Of a DNA stretch of 64,000 nt, positions 1 through 13,079 are shown in pieces (the stretch's first letter is position 1; every line of letters starts with the position of its first letter). Origin of the DNA: Microbotryum violaceum (Eukaryota). Position numbers and translations under genes: made by a program. Below the pieces are notes generated by a model. It was given only the letters and a program-made list of their open reading frames with translations. It did not search any database and had not been told where the DNA came from. The DNA lies in assembly GCA_001244265.2 (NCBI GenBank), contig CDLV01000006.1, positions 1,178,001-1,242,000 of the forward strand, written 5' to 3'.

Positions 1-1865
1 ACGCGCTCAACACAGGCTTCGGTGGGTTCCCCAACCCCATCGTGGTGGCGGCCGACTATGCGCGCAAGCGCATCCCCGTCTTCAACACCGTCGTGGAACG
101 GAATTTGACGCTGCCCCCGACCCAAACGTTGGCTTCGGTGCACTTGGGACTTGGCCCACCTACCGATACGCAGAATCTCAAGCCAGTGTCCTACATTTCT
201 TTCGACGCGGTGGTGGGTCGCAACTCAAAGTTCCGAGGACTCACGTCTGCGCAGCAAGAGGAGCTTGGAGGTGTCGAGTATCGCGCCCTACAACTCTTGC
301 TGCGGATCGTTTTCGCCTACTGGATTGGACTGCAGCTTATTGCCGTCCTCGTGCTTGCACCGTGGCTGACGTATTCAGAGAGGTACCGGCCTGTCCTCGA
401 GGATCCACAGTGGGCCGTGTCACCAACCTGGTTTGTCTTCTTCCAAGTTTGGTCCGCATTCAGCAACAATGGCATGAGGTGAGCTCCTAGTGTCCCACCT
501 CGCCTTCGCCTGCGGGATCACCACACTAACCCGCCCATTTCATCGCCATAAGTCTGGTTGATGCCTCGATGGTCCCTTTCCAACAAGCCTACCCGCTCAT
601 TGTTGTCATGAGTATCCTCATTCTGGGCGGCAATACTGCCTACCCTGTCTTCTTACGCATTTGTATCTGGATCATCTTCAAACTCGTTCCGCGACGTTCA
701 AGAACCCGTGAAACCCTCCAATTCTTGCTGGACCACCCTCGTCGGTGCTATATCTACCTCTTCCCGTCCCATCAGACTTGGTTCCTTGTCTTTGTGCTCG
801 TTATCCTCAACTCCATCGACTGGATCTCGTTCATCGTGCTCGACATTGGAAATACGGAGATCGAACGGTTGCCGGTGGGCATTCGTATTATTGATGGTCT
901 CTTGCAAGCTTTCGCCGTGCGGGCTGCCGGGTTCGCCATCGTCACGCTCTCAGCCGTCGCTCCCGCTCTGCAACTCCTCTACGTCGTCATGATGTACGTC
1001 GCCGTCTACCCCATCGCCGTCTCGATTCGCAGCACGAACGTGTACGAAGAGAAATCTATGGGCGTTTTCGAGGAGGAAGAGGATGAAGACGATGTCGAAG
1101 CTCGCTTCGAAAAGTCGCACTCGGCTTCACAGTACATCTCGTACCATGCTCGAAAGCAGCTCGCTTTCGACATGTGGTGGCTGGTGCTCGCCGTGTGGCT
1201 CATTTGCATTATCGAGCGTCGCCTGATTGGAGATTTGGAGTACCCCGAGGTCACGATCTTCACCATCATGTTCGAGGTCGCCTCTGCATACGGTACTGTC
1301 GGCCTATCTCTCGGCACTTCGCGCAAGAACACCTCCTTGTCGGGAATTCTTCGAACGCTCTCAAAGCTCGTCCTGTGCGCCGTCATGTTTCGAGGTCGTC
1401 ATCGTGGTCTTCCTGTCGGTGAGTTGTGATGGCGCTACGCTTGCGTATCTCAATTGCTGACCTCTTGTATTGCTGTACCTGTGTATAGCTATCGATCGAT
1501 CCATTCTTTTGCCATCCGAGATCAAGACGGCCGAAACAGGATCGACGCGTGGCGATGGTGCCTCCGCGCGTCGTGGTTCGCGCAGTAGTTGCGCCAGTTC
1601 TGGTCGCGACGAAGACGGTCCTGGAGGGGAGGGCGGGCTTGAGACGGTCGAACCGGAAACGGATGAAGCTCGAACGGAGCGCGTGCGCCACGAATCGGGG
1701 CGAGAGAACTCGGGCGACGAGGCTTATGGATTTGAATACACCAAGCCGCCGACAGAACCACGTTCACGGCGTGAAGATGAATCGAGCGAGCTTGCCCATA
1801 AGAGTGACTTCAACGAAGGTGTTGTCTCGAACGATTCCGACAACACCATCAGCGAAACTCGATGA
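1..1865 (+). CDS. TRK1: Trk-family high-affinity potassium transporter, 3' part (5' end lies outside the window)
   Basis: Introns 479-552 and 1419-1488 join ORFs into LGGVEYRAL...SAFSNNGMSLVDASMVPF...GNTAYP...FLLDHPRRCY..LFPS..TW..FEVASAYGTVGLSLG...RGRHRGLPVAIDRSILLP, the hallmark fungal Trk motifs; stop at 1863-1865. TRK1 versus TRK2 cannot be distinguished. Confidence 0.95.
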
Positions 1866-2013
1866 CCGCAGTGAGGGGTGCTGCAGCGCTGTCCTTCAAC
1901 GGTCACTCTTCCACTGGCCTTGTATTTCATCATTTGAGTATGTTGTAACACGACCACTAGAATGGCTCTTATGCTGCCCATCAGCCAAGGTATGCATGGT
2001 GGGACAAAAGAGA

Positions 2014-2979
2014 TTATGGTGGCGCCGGATACTCTAGAGACACCGTCGGCACCTTGGGAAAGGTCCACTCGTCGTGTGAACAAGTCATTTCTACTTCGTC
2101 GAATACGCTTGTTTTACCCCTCTCGAAGCCCAACTTGTGCACGAACAAGTCCAAGCTCGCCGAGTTGGTCGCCCCTATCCGCGCAAAAAAATTGTTCGAC
2201 GGAATACCGAGCACATGGGAAACGTAAGGCAGAAAGATGCAAAGCGCCTCGAACGCATATCCTTTGCGTTGGTTCGATGCCATTGGGATCATGATCTCCA
2301 CCTCGCACTGCCGCCGTCCGGTAGGCAAAGGATGGTGCTCCCGAGCCGGAGGATTCGAGCTCGATTCAAGGTGGGCTCCCTCCTCATCGTCGGATGTGTA
2401 CGTTGTCGAGAGGAACACGTTGATATCTCCGATCATCGCACTCAATGCGTCATGGTTTCGAAGCTCGTCTATGGTGGCTGAGGCGTCAAGAGGTGTGGGT
2501 TCTGTCTGGGCGAGCACGATGAAGGTCATCTCTGTTGGCAAAGCTCAAGCAGTAAGTGGCCAGGCGGTTGATCCTTCCTACTCTACGCTTGGACATTTGC
2601 CGTGTGCTCACTATCTTGGTCGACTCTCCACGACTCTGCAGAAGGACACTGCACCACGAAGGTGGCCAAGTTCAGTTCTAGCCCAGCCAAAGCTCGGAAT
2701 CACAGCACCTGGCGTGTGAGTTTGCCGATTCGAATGACCTTGCATTGCGAACTCTTCCTCCAACGTCAATGGTTCGGATGCTGTCGCCTCGCGTACGGCT
2801 GGATCGGACATCCACTCGTGGTAGCGTGGAACGTGGTGTCTCCTGTCATACGTCATCCGTCAAGCAAGCTGGGTCAGCAGTATGAACATAGCTTCGTCCA
2901 GAGGGCCATGTGGGACCGACCGATAGGGTACAAGAATCACGCGAGGTCCTAGCAGAGCTGTGCTTTGGTTCTCGAGCAT
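2014..2979 (-). CDS. NAT9: GNAT acetyltransferase, NAT9-like (4 exons)
   Basis: Spliced product MLENQSTALLGPRVILVPYR|HHVPRYHEWMSDPAVREATASEPLTLEEEFAMQ|ESWRVDQDK|MTFIVL...MIGDINVFL...CEVEIMI...QRKGYA...NSASLDLFVHKLGF matches the NAT9 family pattern. Confidence 0.9.
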
Positions 2980-4068
2980 GGCTTGGTTCCTGATGATTGG
3001 ATAAGGTGGGCGGAGGGCCAAACCTAGCCAGTTGGATCGTGGGACGCCCCAGGTGGTCGGTCCATCTCGCAGGTGCCATCTCGCGCGGGTCGGCTGAAAA
3101 AAAGAGGTCGGCTGCCACCGACTTTGTGAATTTTTGCCTTGGTTCGCCACACCGTTGGAGGTGCTTGATAAGTGGTAAGCAGCGCGTTAGCCCTTACAAT
3201 TGGGAATAATTCAATGTTTAATGTTATAAACATCGCAGTGGCCATCGGTGATGGAAATGGCTGCACTTACTAGGCAGGTGCAGGCATGCAGGCAACCAGC
3301 TCTAAATGAAAGCGAGACCAGCTTTCGCAGTCTTTTGGCTGGCCAGTAGCTGCCAGTAGAAATTCGTTGAACGAGCGTCTCCGGTGGTCGGCGCTCTTGC
3401 GCGGCTCCACTCCTGAACCAGAAGGCGGCCTCCGCTTCAGTGGATTACGGTTTCTCATCGACCAGTCCGGGCAATCAGAGGCTTCTTCAAGTACTCGTTC
3501 GACCTTGCGACCTTCTCCACCTCCGGTAGCGTGACATTCGCCGGCGACACTCGACCGGTCGCATCTAGCACGGTTGCGCACCTGGAAGCCAGGTGCTGGA
3601 TTGAGGTGCGCGACTTCGCGGAGGTACTCCAAGTGCGGCAGTATCTCTTGATCAAAGCATAGTGAAAGAAGAACATTTTGGCAAGGTGAGAACACCCCTT
3701 CTTGGCTGGCTGCACCCCCATGCCCTGGCCGTCGAGCACTCGACACTGATCCCGTTCCTCGATGTTCCGGGCGGCTCAGCGCAACACTCGGGTGCGCGCC
3801 GTCGGCCCAACTGCACGCCTATACGCAAACGCGCCTCCCGCTCGCGTGAATGCCCTTTGTCACATCGCTATACAAGACGCCGAACGCTCCTTTAAACCTG
3901 CTACACCGCGTCAAGCAGACCACGTCAAGATCAGCTGGCCTGCCCAAGCTTTGCGAATCCTCCCATTACCTCGATTTCGACGGCGCCGTAGCGTGTCAGT
4001 CAGTCGATCTCAATCTACCACGCGCACGCACCGCTCCTCGCGCGCCGCGTCCTCAACTGCTACGCGGA

Positions 4069-6692
4069 ATGCGTCGCCGGGTCGCGCCGAAGGGTGAAGG
4101 TGCTGCACGACCACGCAACACCCCTTTCATCGCCGCAGCTATCGATGACCCGTTCCTGAGCTCCTTTATCAAGGCCACGTCTGCCAGTGCGTACTCGTCG
4201 GGAACCCTCTTCGGAGCTACCGCGGCGGTCCAACGGCCTCCGAGGCTCCAGCACGCGCCCGAGGCCAAAGCGATCGCATCCGACGACACCAACACGTCTT
4301 CTTCGTCCACTTTACCAACATTTCGTGCCCTCGCGTCGAACTCGGCATCACGGCTACAGCGCGCGCACACCGTCCGCTCAACCCCTCATGCCAAGAGAGT
4401 GCCGTTGTCGCCGATCAAACGACGCGTCGTCCCTGCGCGACGGAAAAGGGGCGACGAGGACGAGTCGGGACCGAGACGGCGGCGTAAAATGAACGACGAC
4501 GACGATGGAGGCGAGGTCGGGCAACTTGAACCGTACGCCCGTACTTTTGAATTTGAACTGGCGGAGGATACCCATTTCGCACCGTTTGAAGAAGGCGAGT
4601 CATCGTTGCGGCTAGCTGGGGAAACGGACAGCAACGAGGACCAACACACGCTCGACGACGACATCCTCCCTTGGAACGAGCACGAGTCGACGGATCAACT
4701 TACGCCTGATGAGCCTGGGATACTCGGCACCCACGCTGAGCGGAGGGCACAAGCCGATGTCGTGATCGTTGCTTCGACGGAGGATGGTGATCGAATAGGT
4801 CAACCGCTAGGGAAGAGGGCAACAACCACGACAAGAGATAGGCGTCCGAGTCGAGCCACTATAACAGCTGTTTCAACACGAAGAATCCGTGCTACACCTC
4901 CCCAGATCACTTCTTCAGTCGACGACGCCTTCTCTCGCGCGGCCGCAGCCCTCTCATCGCGTCGGGCCGCCAACTCGGCCGCCTCGTCGTCGATCCGTTC
5001 TCTTGTCTTTGCGTCCTTCAGTCAGGCTGCGGCAAGCGTCGAGAGTCGGAGTAGAGCCGAAGCCTCAATAAGCGCAAGTAGAAGTAGAGCGCAAGCTGCC
5101 AGCGTGGCCAGTCTCTTCTCCGCCGCAGCTGATAGCATCTCGGTCCGAGACGCGGGTGGGACGACGGCTGCGGCCACCTCTGCACTTTCATCGACTTTGG
5201 CAGCATCTGCTTCGGCAGCGTCATCTGCTCTGGCATCGACAGCGACGCAAACAAGCTTTTCGATCACTTCGACCTCCTTAGCCACCTCGTTGTCGAAAAC
5301 GGGCGTATTGGAGACATCCTCGACGGCTTCAGCAACCTCTGGGCCAACGACAGCCGCGTCCACGTAAGCATGCAAATCCGCGATTGATGCCGAGACGCCC
5401 GGAAGCTGACCCGACTTGTCCTTTGCAAATATAGTTCCTGGAATCACCGACTGCGGGATATCCTACTTCCTGCCCTGCTCGTCCCTCTTGGTCTGATACT
5501 ACTCGCCATTGCATTGTTCCTGTGCACGAAGCGTCGCAACAGCAAATATAAGGCGGGGACCGCAGGCAACGAGTCTTCATGGGGTGGTAGCGGCAACGAC
5601 GGGGCGATGACAGGAGCCCCTCCTGCTGCCGCGTTGATGGCGGCCGCAGCAGCGGGTAGTTCCAACTCGAGAAGTGGTTCGAGCAGCAACAATCCGAGCC
5701 AGGACAGCTTCGGGACAAGCCCTTCGGCGATTGGCGTGGCTTATAGTGGTGTTGAGCCGCGATCAAAGTGGGGACGAAGATCGTTGACAGACGTCATCGC
5801 CGGTGGAGTCCGCGCCGCCGAAGTCGGAGGTTCTAGCCGAGGACGTGGTCAAGTCACGTCGACGACGAGCAGTTTCGGCGGAGGGCGCCAAGCCAGTATG
5901 ACCGGAATCTCGGACTACGCTGGCACCGCGATCGACTACCAACCTGGTCAGATGAGGCCCGTCGCGACACCATCGATTTTCAGCGCCTCGATGTCGGAAA
6001 GCAATCCCGGCACCCCCGTCTTCCAGCAGCGTTACGACTCGCCTCAGCATTACGACCCCTTTGCTCCGACCATCATCCCCGTCGCAGGAGCGTTCGCCCA
6101 CCATTCCTCGTCTGCCAATCAAGAGTATTATGAAGAGGATTATGGCGACGACCTTGGTAGCTTTACGAGTCGCGACTCGAGGGATGAGTTCGATCCATTT
6201 GCCCGTCAAGACCCGAACATCGGGGGTATAGCGGCGCAAGGAGCTCAACCGGCCGTACCGTCGACGGAACAAGCTGGCCTCGGATACCTTTCCACTCCCG
6301 TCCTCCAGCCCCCAGCCTTCGAACGTGCCGAAACGGCTCAAACGGCTCACACGGCCGTTACTGCCCGGACGCATCAGACGGGTGATTCGGCCGATGTGTA
6401 TCAAACAGACACGGCGCCGAGTGGGGCAGAGTCCGGAATTGACGATACCTCGGATGAAGAATTGCTGGGTACGCCAACGGTGATCCAACAGCGCGTTCAT
6501 TTCGGAAGCTCTGGGTCCTCGAACGGTGAATCCGGAAATGGCAGCGGTAGCAGTAGAGGGTCCGTCGCGAGAGCGAACATGGATAACCGACCGTCGAGCT
6601 CTCACAGTGATCGATCGACCGGAACGCCGAGATTGGGGATGGGTCATGGTAATGTCGGCGGTGTCAGAAGAGGCGATGGGAGTTGGTGGTGA
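4069..6692 (+). CDS. Ser/Thr/Ala-rich single-pass membrane protein of unknown function (start may be 3850 or 4069)
   Basis: Intron 5364-5434 (GTAAGC...CTGAC...TAG) fuses ORF 3850-5367 to a hydrophobic helix ILLPALLVPLGLILLAIALFLC followed by TKRR, then ORF 5514-6692 as a low-complexity tail. Confidence 0.7.
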
Positions 6693-7066
6693 AAGTATAG
6701 CAGTTCGACCTTCTTGGACCTAATTGATTACACCTTGTTGTATTCTCCTGACACATTTAGTGCTGAATGATGTAATCTCCCCTATTTTGCGATGTGAACC
6801 CTGGTCATTGGGGAAAAAAATGCTAGTGACATTCCACCTCAGGGCCACGGAATACGTTATAAACACACAAGAAAAGAGGTCAGAAACGAGAGACAGAGGA
6901 GATTATGTGGAAGTGAGAGTCGCTTGCTGATGGCTGACAATGTTAAATTCGTAAATGTGAGGTATATACGGGAGAACACGCGCGGGCCGCTTTGCATAAG
7001 AGGGTCGTTCAGCATATATGTTGAAGAAAGACAACACATCCGTTACGAGCATTCAAGTTGAGCATC

Positions 7067-10000
7067 TCACAACTGGTTGAATATCGGGGCACGATGATCA
7101 GCTCGGGTTCACGGGAGATTCATCCTGAGATGAGCGAGAGGTCGCTCTCACCTTCAGTTCGGATAGTACCCTGCGAGCTAGCATCTGATACTGCCAAGCG
7201 TTTCCACCCTGTGTGATTGCAAGAAGATAGTTAGCATAACCCTCTTAGTACACCAAGGCAAAAGGGAAGCGTGAACGCACGATACGACGGAATTGCAACC
7301 CGTTGATCCCAGGCAGTAGCGGCATTCGCACGATGAAGACCTCGAAGCGGACAATCATCTCGTTCGACACGCTCGATCCCTCCCCGGTCGACGACGTGAA
7401 TTTTGCCTCGGCGCCCGAAGTCCCCGGTGTCGGCGACAGTGAGGGGCCGTGAGGCGCATCGTGGACCGCACCGAACGAGGAGGACGAGGTCGGATGTCGC
7501 TCTTGTACGCCTGTTTGTCCCGGCCCATGGGAGGAGATATGTGAAAGAGACGCCGTGGACTCTTCTTCGCCAGCGACTGAAGCCGAGTCCTTGTCTTTGC
7601 CGAGCAAGATTCTCGAAGCGCGGCGTCGGATCGTCCCTTTGTGGTGCTTGTCCTTGTCCTTGGACCCACCGACGGTCGAGAGGTCGATGGAAGGGACGTG
7701 TGCACACTCGAACCCACTCTTCACGTTACGACGTTGCACACCTAGCCGATCCAGCACGCGGATCAAATCCGTACGTATAGTAGCGACGGACTTGGTTGTG
7801 GTCGTGTTGACGCTCCACAGACCCCACACGGGTTTGACGACGTCGGTGTTGCCCTGCGCCGTACGCCCGACGAAGCCAACAGTCTGTACCGCCTGGTGGG
7901 TCGTATGACCCGACTCCTCGCCTCCCGACGAAGGGACCTCGGCGAGCTCCTCGGCCTCGAACTCCGATACGCTGGCACCGAGACCCGAGGTGGTGGCGGG
8001 GACAGTCATCGAAGCAAGAGACTGTTTCTCCGCAGGCGGTCCCGATGCCGACAGAGGACGGCGGCCAATTTGCCCCGTTGAGGTGTGCCCCGGACTCGCG
8101 CCCATCGACACGCCTCTCTGGTGTCGTCCAGGACTGGACTCGCCGACCGTACTCGCGCGATGAACACCCTGCCCTTCGGAAGGGATAGCCAAGGGGACGT
8201 CGGAGCCACTGGGCTTCAAGGTCGCACCGTTGCAAACAGGGGTTGTCTCGTTCACTTGCGGCAGCGCGGCAACAGCAGTTTTGGTACTCGCTTTGTGTGC
8301 AAAGCCACCACCGACACTCGCTCGTTGCCGATGAGCCTTGTAGTTAGGATCGTTACCGTTCGAACTCGACGAGGGCGACGACGATCGGCTAAGCAAGGAG
8401 CTGAATCGCCGAGCAAAGTTGCCCGTTGGGGACGAAGAAAGGGGTACATCGTCCACGTGATGAGCCTCAGACAAATACGCGGCATCGTCCACGGGCCCGT
8501 GCGACTTTCGGGCGAGAGTCGGAGAAGCCTGCTCGAGCGTTGATTGGGGTCGTGCACCGAACGATCCAGATGGCCTCGGGGAACCCGTTATAGGCACCGC
8601 CGAATCTTGATGATACGAAGAACGCGAGTTGTGCATTCTTCCGGTGGTCGACGACGACGGTCGTGTATAGTCGTTCGAGGCTACTTCTCGGGGTGCGGTC
8701 GACGTGTGCGATGAGAAGGCGTCTCCGGTTGCACGCTGCCTTGGCTGCGGTGTCAATGGCATTCGAGGAGTCGCAATGGGTGGAGGCGCGGACATGGTCG
8801 AAGAGCCGACAATCGGGCTGGAAGGAACAGGACCGGATCCAGCTTGGTAGGCCACGGCCGGCGCGAGAGGTGGTGGCGGACCCGTCAACGAAAGAGTCGA
8901 TGAAGCAAAGACACCCGGGCCCCAAATACGTTCGCGTTCTTGCTTCTCCCGTACGAGAAAATATATCGAGATGAGGGGGTGAAAGCCTCGGGTCGGGTCA
9001 ATGTCGAGCTTGATGCCTTGACTGTTCGTCATCATCGGCCCGCCAGAGTGGGAGGTGGTCTCTTCGCTATTACCGTGACTCGCTTCGTCTTGAATCTTGG
9101 ACCCGAGCGAAGAGCTACCGCTGTTGAAAGCCGCGTTGATCCCGCTCGTGAGCTTCTTGCCGACGAATCCAAGTCCGGAAAACCGCTTATTTGCGGTCGA
9201 GCGTCCGACGCCCTTCATGTCTTTCCCGTCGACGCGGGTTGCGGGCCGCTCGGTCTCGGGCGAATCACCATTCGGTCCCGCCGATCGACCACGTTTGATG
9301 TCCCAGGCTCGCAGTGCTGTCCTGTAGCTGTCATGGTTTAGGACTTGACACAGCGACTCGTAAATGTTCTGTTCGGACCCGAGCTCGAAGCCGCTCATGC
9401 CTTTGAGTATTTCGCGGTCGATCTCTTCCGCTCGCAAAGGGATGCGATGAGGGATATGTGACGAAGGGGGACCCGAAAAGCCTTTAACTGTCCAAGGGTG
9501 ACTCAGCACCTCGCTCATCGTAGCCCGGGCAGCCGGGCTCGTCACCAGCATCCGCGACAAGAGGTGCTTGCATTCTGGGAACACGTAATAGCGCTGTATT
9601 AGCTCGAGCTTTCAAGGGCTGTGTTTGGCGAGCGGATCATGCTCACCTGCACTGAGCCAGTTGGGGTACTCGACTTGTCCTCGCTTGATCTTGGCGTGGA
9701 GCGCCGGCATACTCTGATCGTCAAATGGTACCTTGCCGCACACGAGCACGTAGAGAACGATACCAAAGCTCCACACGTCGACCTCAGGTCCGGTGTAGGG
9801 CTTCGCGTTAAGCAGCTCGGGTGCAGCAAAGTAGAGCGATCCACAGAATGTCGACAACTGCGACGTCGGCGAGTACAGGTTCGACAGGCCAAAGTCGATG
9901 ATTTTAATATTGCCGGTTTTGCTGATGAGGATGTTTTCAATTTTGAGATCTGCAGAGATGATGACATGCGGATTAGCTCAATCCGACACTTGTCGGGTTG

Positions 10001-11978
10001 ACTGATCAGACGCACCTCGATGCACGATCGAGTTGGCGTGACAGTACTCGAGCGCACTGCCAATCTGCCGAGCAAACTTGCGGGCGCTCCGTTCACGCAA
10101 ACGTCCATGCGATATAATGTAGTCAAGCATCTGTCCGCCATTGACGTACTCGGTCACAAAGTAGTAGTGATTCTATTACGCGGGAAGCAACGGTCACGGT
10201 CAGAGGGTTTGACACATAGGGCAGGGTCCACTCTGAGATAAGTAGGACTCACGGGGTAGACCATCATGCTCTTCATACCGCACACGTACGGATGATGCAG
10301 CAACAAGCACAGACTCCCTTCGCGGATCGTCCGAACCTCCTTGCTCTGATCTTTGGCCGCCGCCTTGGCCAAGAAGGACGCGGTCGGTGAGTTGTAAGGC
10401 TCGGCCGGTTTGCCCGACACCGTATCGGGTGGGGGTGGACGTTGAGCAGCGGCGGTCGAGGTGAACCTAGGGATGATCTTGATGGCCACCTGTTTGACGA
10501 GCGCAATTAAGGAACAGAGTCAGTGAGACCGTAACCAGGTTCGAGGCTACTCGCTCAAGCATTCTCACCTTTTCGCCCGTGACGCTGCTAACGCCCAACT
10601 TGACCTTGCCCATACTACCCGCGCCGAGTGTTTTGCTCATCGTGTACTCCCCCAACACCCGACGACTCCTCGACGACGACGAAGGTGCGGCGGACTCTCG
10701 TTCTCGTTCCCGATGGACCTCACGTTCCCTGTCCCTCTCACGCTCACGTCTCTCCTGGCGCTTGGCCTCCCTCTGTTCGGCCGTGGCATCTTTCGTCGGC
10801 GTCGACGCGACCCCATTCGTCCGCACAGGACTGTGGGTCACGGCCCCTGGAGCATCGGATTGACCGCGTGACCGAGGAGCTGTCATCGCCGGAGTCGGTC
10901 CAGCCACGCTGTTGCTCCTTACGACACTTGCCCCTGCTGGTGGTAGGTCATTAGCTGGGGAGGATATCGCATTCCCTGGCCTCGACGGGGAGTCGGGCCC
11001 CATGATGGGTCGCTCGTTCGATGCGTTGGTATCGCCACTTGCCCATGCAAGACCGTTGATGGCGGTAGGCGCTTCGACATTGGAAGCAAGATCCGTCTCC
11101 CCATCGGTGCTAATGCGCCGCACGCCCACATCCGCCAGTCTACCTTCTTCCACTCGATCATGTCCCAAAGAGGCGCCAAATTTGCTCAGACTTTCACTGT
11201 CGACTCGTCTCAACCCGTCATCCGCTGGTGAAGAGGGGATCGACGATCGCGTATGAATAGCGTTCGCGTCGGTCTCAGGGGTGCACGAGGTCTCAGTCGT
11301 GTGAAGCTGAGCGTCATCGATGAGCGACTTTCGATCGCGAACGGGTGTCGAAGGGATGGATCGATGAGGATCGGGGTCATCGAAGCCGACCAACGATGCG
11401 GGGTGTCTCGGCTTGCTCGGCGATGGTTCGGGGGCGAGGTAGGACGATCTGGTCGAGTCGGGCGTGAGCACTGACGGAGGTCGCTGTATCGGACTCGAAA
11501 CGGGTTCGAGGGAGGTCGCGATAGCATGATCGTCGTGAACTGAGGGTTCGTGCAGGACGGGGATATTGGGAGGGGGTGAGCCGGCTGCGGCGATGGCCGA
11601 CTCGGGCTGAGACGGCGAAGGGTGCAGTTGGTCGACGTGCGAGGTTGCGCGCATCCTCTCGTCCGCTACTGACGGGATGTCGACCGCGGCGTCTGGACGA
11701 GGTGGGGCGTCGGTCGTGGCGGGTATGATCGTGGTATCTGTCACGTCGTCGATGGGGGTCGAGGCGGGCAAGGCACTCATAAAAGGGGGAGAGAGGGAAG
11801 GTTCGGCCGGCGCTGCTGCTGCTGATGTTGGGACGGTGACGGGTGGCTGAGCGAGGATAGGAGAGGGGTCTGTCTCGGCCAGTAGCGGAGACAGAGGGGG
11901 GGCGGCCGATGACAAAGGCGCTTTGAGCTCCGAAGTTGGCGTCGATTCCGAGTTCGAGATGAGGTGCGGTGTGGCCAT
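7067..11978 (-). CDS. KIN1: Kin1/MARK (Par-1)-family Ser/Thr kinase with C-terminal KA1 domain
   Basis: [93 protein letters not shown]1 [42 protein letters not shown]; long Pro/Ser-rich N-terminus. Confidence 0.95.
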
Positions 11979-12698
11979 GGTCGGGGTGGGTTGCTAGACT
12001 GCACTGTACTGCACTGCACGGGTACTGGCCCTGCACGTGGCCGAGACGGTGTGTTGTAGCACGGCACGCGCCCCTTTCGCTGTCTGCTTGCCCGTCACCG
12101 AACCGAGCAAGCAGCCGGTGCTCGATGTCCTTCTGGACGCGCCAAAGTAAGCTTGTAATCAGTGGACCGGCTGCAAGCGTTGTTGGTGCTCCCGCTTGGT
12201 CGATGCACCCACCTAGACCCAGTGGATCTGCGCTGGGTGTGTGTTCCTCCTGGTCGGTGAGATTGTCACGCGTTGGCAACTTGTCCTCGAGGGTACCTGC
12301 TCAGCTGCACGGGACTAGGCGCGGGTATGGACGGTGGGAGAGCGGTCAACCACAATCAAAGTACGACCAGACGTGTTGCCGTTTCCCTGAGTGTGCGCGA
12401 ACAAGCCGTGTATCGACCGGGAAGGCGGAGTCCCGCGCACGGTGCAGTGATGATGAGGAGGAACGATCAGCCGACGTAGACGGAGCGGTGTTGTTGGTGC
12501 AGCGCCTTGGGATTGCTTGGGATTGCTTGACGGCCACGACTGGCTAGCTCAGGGTCGACTATCTGTGCCGAGGGGACCGTGCTTTCCAGGGGCAACTACG
12601 TCAAGTACGATACTGCTGTCTGGTGGACCAGTGTGGTTGGCGAGTGCAAGGTCAAACCCGTCAAGTCCACCTCGTAAGCGGTGCTAGTTCACTAACCT

Positions 12699-12872
12699 CT
12701 GCTCACCTGCGCTTACCTGCGCTCACCTGCGCTCACCTGCGCTCGATAGTTAGTAAGTACTCATTCTAGCTCAGTCTTACTCATGCGCGGCCACGCGCGC
12801 CCGAGGTCAGCCGGTCCAGCGCGCGCCGAGCTGCTCCTCGACTGGCGCGGGACTGGCGCGGGACTGGCGCGG
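12699..12872. repeat. Short GC-rich tandem repeats in the KIN1/TOM70 divergent promoter: (CTGCGCTCAC)x~4 and (GACTGGCGCGG)x3
   Basis: Seen directly at ~12699-12744 and ~12840-12872. Confidence 0.75.
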
Positions 12873-13079
12873 GCCGTTTCTGGGCTTGTTTGCGAGGTGC
12901 GACAGCGCGCGAGCCAGTGCGAGCCAGTTGACTGCCGGCCAGTGCGAGAGAAGTGCGAGCCTGTTGGAATTAGAAGCCGGTCCAAGCTCCACCGCTCACA
13001 CACTCTCGCTCAGCCTCTTCCTCTCTCTCTCTCTCGATCGCATTCTGCAACACCCCTTCGCAGCACAGCAATCACAGTA

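Noticed and set aside
3270-3746. 158-aa minus-strand ORF
   Set aside because: No domain, no convincing start or splice structure; long spurious ORFs are common at this GC content.
5763-6647. Long antisense ORFs (also 27017-27925, 58145-58825 and others)
   Set aside because: They are shadows of real genes on the other strand caused by GC-rich codon usage.
6670-6692. C-terminal GSWW resembling the Upa2 GWW motif
   Set aside because: The protein is a single-pass membrane protein with no PAM2 motifs or coiled coil; probably coincidental.
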